Positions 61,465 to 64,000 of a DNA stretch of 64,000 nt are shown here, piece by piece. This stretch comes from Alphaproteobacteria bacterium (GTDB taxonomy: Bacteria > Pseudomonadota > Alphaproteobacteria > Bin95): NCBI GenBank assembly GCA_964291285.2, contig OZ219785.1, positions 1,152,001 to 1,216,000 on the forward strand, in the 5' to 3' direction. The notes under the pieces are model-generated. The model was not told the DNA's origin and did not search any database. It worked only from the letters and a program-made list of their open reading frames with translations. Made by a program: the position numbers and the translations under genes. Numbering within the stretch: the first letter of the stretch is position 1; the number at the start of each line of letters is the position of its first letter.

Positions 61465-62166
61465 ATGCTGCGGATCGAGGGGCTCGAGACATTCTACGGC
61501 CGCAGCCAGGCGCTGTTCGGCATCTCGCTGGAGGTCGGCGAGGGCGAGGCGGTGGGCTTCATGGGCCGCAACGGCATGGGCAAGACGACCACCGTGAACT
61601 CGCTGTTCGGCATCGTGCCGTCCGCGGCGGGCGCGATCCTGTTCGAGGGCCGCGAGCTGCGCGACCTGCCGTCCCACCGCATCGCGCGGCTCGGCCTCGG
61701 CCTCGTGCCGGAGGGCCGGCAGGTGTTCCCCAACCTGACGGCCGAGGAGAACCTGGTCGCGGCGGCCGCCAACCGCGGCGCGCGCGCCGGCCCGTGGACG
61801 GCCCCGCGCATTTTCGGGATGTTCCCGGAACTGGAGGCGCGCCGGCGCAACATGGGCAACCTGCTCTCCGGCGGCGAGCAGCAGATGCTGGCGATCGGGC
61901 GCGCGCTGATGACCAACCCGAGGCTGCTGGTGCTGGACGAAGCCACCGAGGGGCTGGCGCCGCTGGTCCGCCGGCGCATCTGGGAGTGCCTCGCCGGCCT
62001 GAAGGCGGAAGGGCAGGCGATCCTCGTCATCGACCGGAACGTGGCCGACCTCGCCCGCTTCGCCGACCGCCACTATATCGTCGAGAAGGGCCGCATCGTG
62101 TGGACCGGCAGCAGCGGGGACCTGACCGGAGGCGGCGCCGACCTCGAACGCTGGCTCGGCGTGTAG
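61465..62166 (+). CDS. Liv-type ABC ATPase (LivF-like)
   Basis: GRNGMGKTT, VPEGR, LSGGEQQM, LDEATEGLAP. Confidence 0.94.
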   Translation: MLRIEGLETFYGRSQALFGISLEVGEGEAVGFMGRNGMGKTTTVNSLFGIVPSAAGAILFEGRELRDLPSHRIARLGLGLVPEGRQVFPNLTAEENLVAAAANRGARAGPWTAPRIFGMFPELEARRRNMGNLLSGGEQQMLAIGRALMTNPRLLVLDEATEGLAPLVRRRIWECLAGLKAEGQAILVIDRNVADLARFADRHYIVEKGRIVWTGSSGDLTGGGADLERWLGV

Positions 62167-62240
62167 GACGGAGCCCGTCCTCAGGCGCAGCGCCAGGCCC
62201 CGGACCGGAATATGCTTCTGCCGGAACGGGTCGCGCTCTA

Positions 62241-63092
62241 GGCAGAATCGACATTCATCGCATCCAGAGGATAGCAGAAGCGATGTGTATGAAGGCGAGG
62301 AAGTATATTGCTTTTCGGTCGTATCGGGTTGCGATGCGGCGGAAGTGTTTGATCTTGTTGAAGTAGCGCTCGATGCGGTTTCGGTGTTTGTAGATTTCGG
62401 CGTCATAGCCGATGAGACGCTTTCGCGTTGGATTGCAGGGGATGACGGCCTCGGCCTCGATGTCGGCGATGCGGTTGCGGATGGCATTGGCGTCGTAAGC
62501 AGCGTCGGCGAGCACATGGCGGGGCCGAAACCCCTCCATCAACGCCAGGGCCTTTGGCGCGTCGCCGGCCTGTCCGGGCGAGAGGATCACGCGGAGCGGT
62601 CGTCCGAGAGTGTCGCAGGCGATGTGTATTTTGGTCGTCAGTCCGCCTCTGGAACGCCCCAGAGCCTGATCCCGGCCCCCCCTTTTCCGGTCGCCGCCTG
62701 TTGATGCGCGCGCACGATGGTGCTGTCGAGCATGAGATAGCCATTGTCGCGATCCGCCGTCAGGGTATCGAACACCCTCTCCCACACGCCCACTTTGGCC
62801 CAGCGTGTGAAACGCTTGTGCACCGACTTCCACTTCCCATAGCGCGGCGGCAGGTCGTGCCAGTGGGCGCCCGAACGAAGCACCCACAGAACCGCGTTGA
62901 CGAACAACCGGTTGTCTGCTCCCGAACGCCCCGGATCGCCCGGCTTGCCCAGAAGCAGACCTTCGATGCGGACCCACTGCGCATCCGTCAGCTCATAGCG
63001 CTTCACCATACGCCCAACTCCAACCGAAAATCAGTTGGAGCGTCATGAATCACATAATGTCTTCCCAGGGAATCCTGTATGTCGATTGAACC
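62241..63092 (-). mobile_element. IS5 family (IS427 group) insertion sequence
   Basis: IRs GGCAGAATCGACAT / ATGTCGATTGAACC, TA duplication within CTAG. Confidence 0.9.
62255..63009 (-). CDS. IS5 transposase, orfA/orfB joined by programmed frameshift
   Basis: orfA 62638-63009 (RYELTDAQW, DSTIVRAHQ), AAAAGGGGGGG slippery site, orfB GRSRGGLTTKIH, ADAAYD, RNRIERYF. Confidence 0.9.
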
Positions 63093-63448
63093 TAGCCGGA
63101 ATACCAGACCGAGTAGGAGTTCGGCGCGAGCATGAAGGGAATGTGGTAGCGCCCCTCCGGGTCCGGCATCTCCAGGCGCACCACCACTTCGCGCATGAAG
63201 CGGGGACCGTGCGGCGGCGGCGTCATGGCCGAGAAACAGGCCCCGGCATCCAGCACCATCTCATAGACGGCGCCGGGCCTGAGGTCCGCCGGGTCGATGT
63301 CCCGCCGGAGCCGCCCGCCCTCGTCGGTCGCCTGCCGGAACAGTTCGGTGCGCCGGCCGTCGGCGTCGATCCGCGTAAGCGTGACGGGAACGCCGCCCGC
63401 ATGACTGCCGTCCACCGAGTTCAGCGTGTGCGTGGAGAGCGTGGCCAT
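63092..63448 (-). CDS. uraH: Hydroxyisourate hydrolase (transthyretin-like)
   Basis: LSTHTL, TDEGGR, PRF, YHIP.ML.PNSYS; C-terminus WYSG instead of YRGS. Confidence 0.8.
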   Translation of the reverse strand: MATLSTHTLNSVDGSHAGGVPVTLTRIDADGRRTELFRQATDEGGRLRRDIDPADLRPGAVYEMVLDAGACFSAMTPPPHGPRFMREVVVRLEMPDPEGRYHIPFMLAPNSYSVWYSG

Positions 63449-63451
63449 CGG

Positions 63452-64000
63452 CTACTCGATCGACGCCCTGTCGCGCCTGTCGGTGGTGGCGAGCACGATC
63501 GGGCTGATGACGCCCTTCGCCTTGACGTTCAGGCAGGCCGGCCTGCCGCTTGCGAGCGCGCGCCGGAGCGCCGGGCCCAGCTGCTCGCGCGTCTCCACCA
63601 GTTCGCCATGGCCGCCCATGCCCTCGAAGATGCCGTGAAACGGGATGTCGCGGAAATCCGTGGCGAAATGCCCGCCGCTCTCGAACAGGCGCTCCTGCTG
63701 CTGGGAGATGCAGTCGAGGCCGCCATTATTGTCGATCACCACCACGATCGGGCAGTCCTCCTGGAACGCCGCCTCGATGCTGAGGCCGCCGGAAAGGAAC
63801 GCCCCGTCGCCGCTGATCAGCACGACGTTGCTGTCGGGATGGGTGTTCTTGGCCGAGAGCGCGAGCGAGACGCCGACGCCGAGCAGCGAATAGGAGCCCG
63901 GATGCAGCACACCGGCGAGCTTCTTGCCCTCCCAGCCCGCGACATTCACCGCGATCTCCGACCAGAAGTGGGTGTTGCCGCCGTCGAAGACCAGCCAGTC
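63452..64000 (-). CDS. Thiamine-pyrophosphate-binding enzyme, C-terminal part (runs off the window)
   Basis: DGGNT, GDGAF...NNGG TPP-binding motif. Confidence 0.85.
   Translation of the reverse strand, partial: DWLVFDGGNTHFWSEIAVNVAGWEGKKLAGVLHPGSYSLLGVGVSLALSAKNTHPDSNVVLISGDGAFLSGGLSIEAAFQEDCPIVVVIDNNGGLDCISQQQERLFESGGHFATDFRDIPFHGIFEGMGGHGELVETREQLGPALRRALASGRPACLNVKAKGVISPIVLATTDRRDRASIE

Overview
High-GC bacterial chromosome segment. Gene content (efp-suhB-OmpA-like-MotA-like, split pntA, leuA attenuator, palindromic repeats) suggests an alphaproteobacterium (inference). Positions 1-19130 are an accessory island. It holds a type I R-M operon led by an orphan Phd-type antitoxin, with an MNT-HEPN pair between hsdM and a single-TRD hsdS. 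It also holds a deep IS nest (IS5/IS427 > IS1634 > MITE, and IS5/IS427 > IS66 > IS21 > MITE, each with readable target duplications). The island ends in two tandem arm-domain tyrosine integrases whose outer end truncates a polysaccharide deacetylase gene. The IS21 is atypical: a structured 5' leader, a Cys-rich ORF, istAB and a degenerate toprim gene. Positions 19130-51375 are mostly housekeeping and metabolic genes, except an unexplained cassette-like repeat array with 10-bp-phased TGTCATG motifs between leuA and mutS. Positions 51376-57257 are an integrase-less islet bracketed by two diverged copies of the 3' end of an M32 carboxypeptidase gene. The window ends with a Liv-type ABC operon, an IS5, uraH and a partial TPP enzyme. 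No rRNA, tRNA or CRISPR array was seen. All calls come from reading motifs by eye; no database searches were run.
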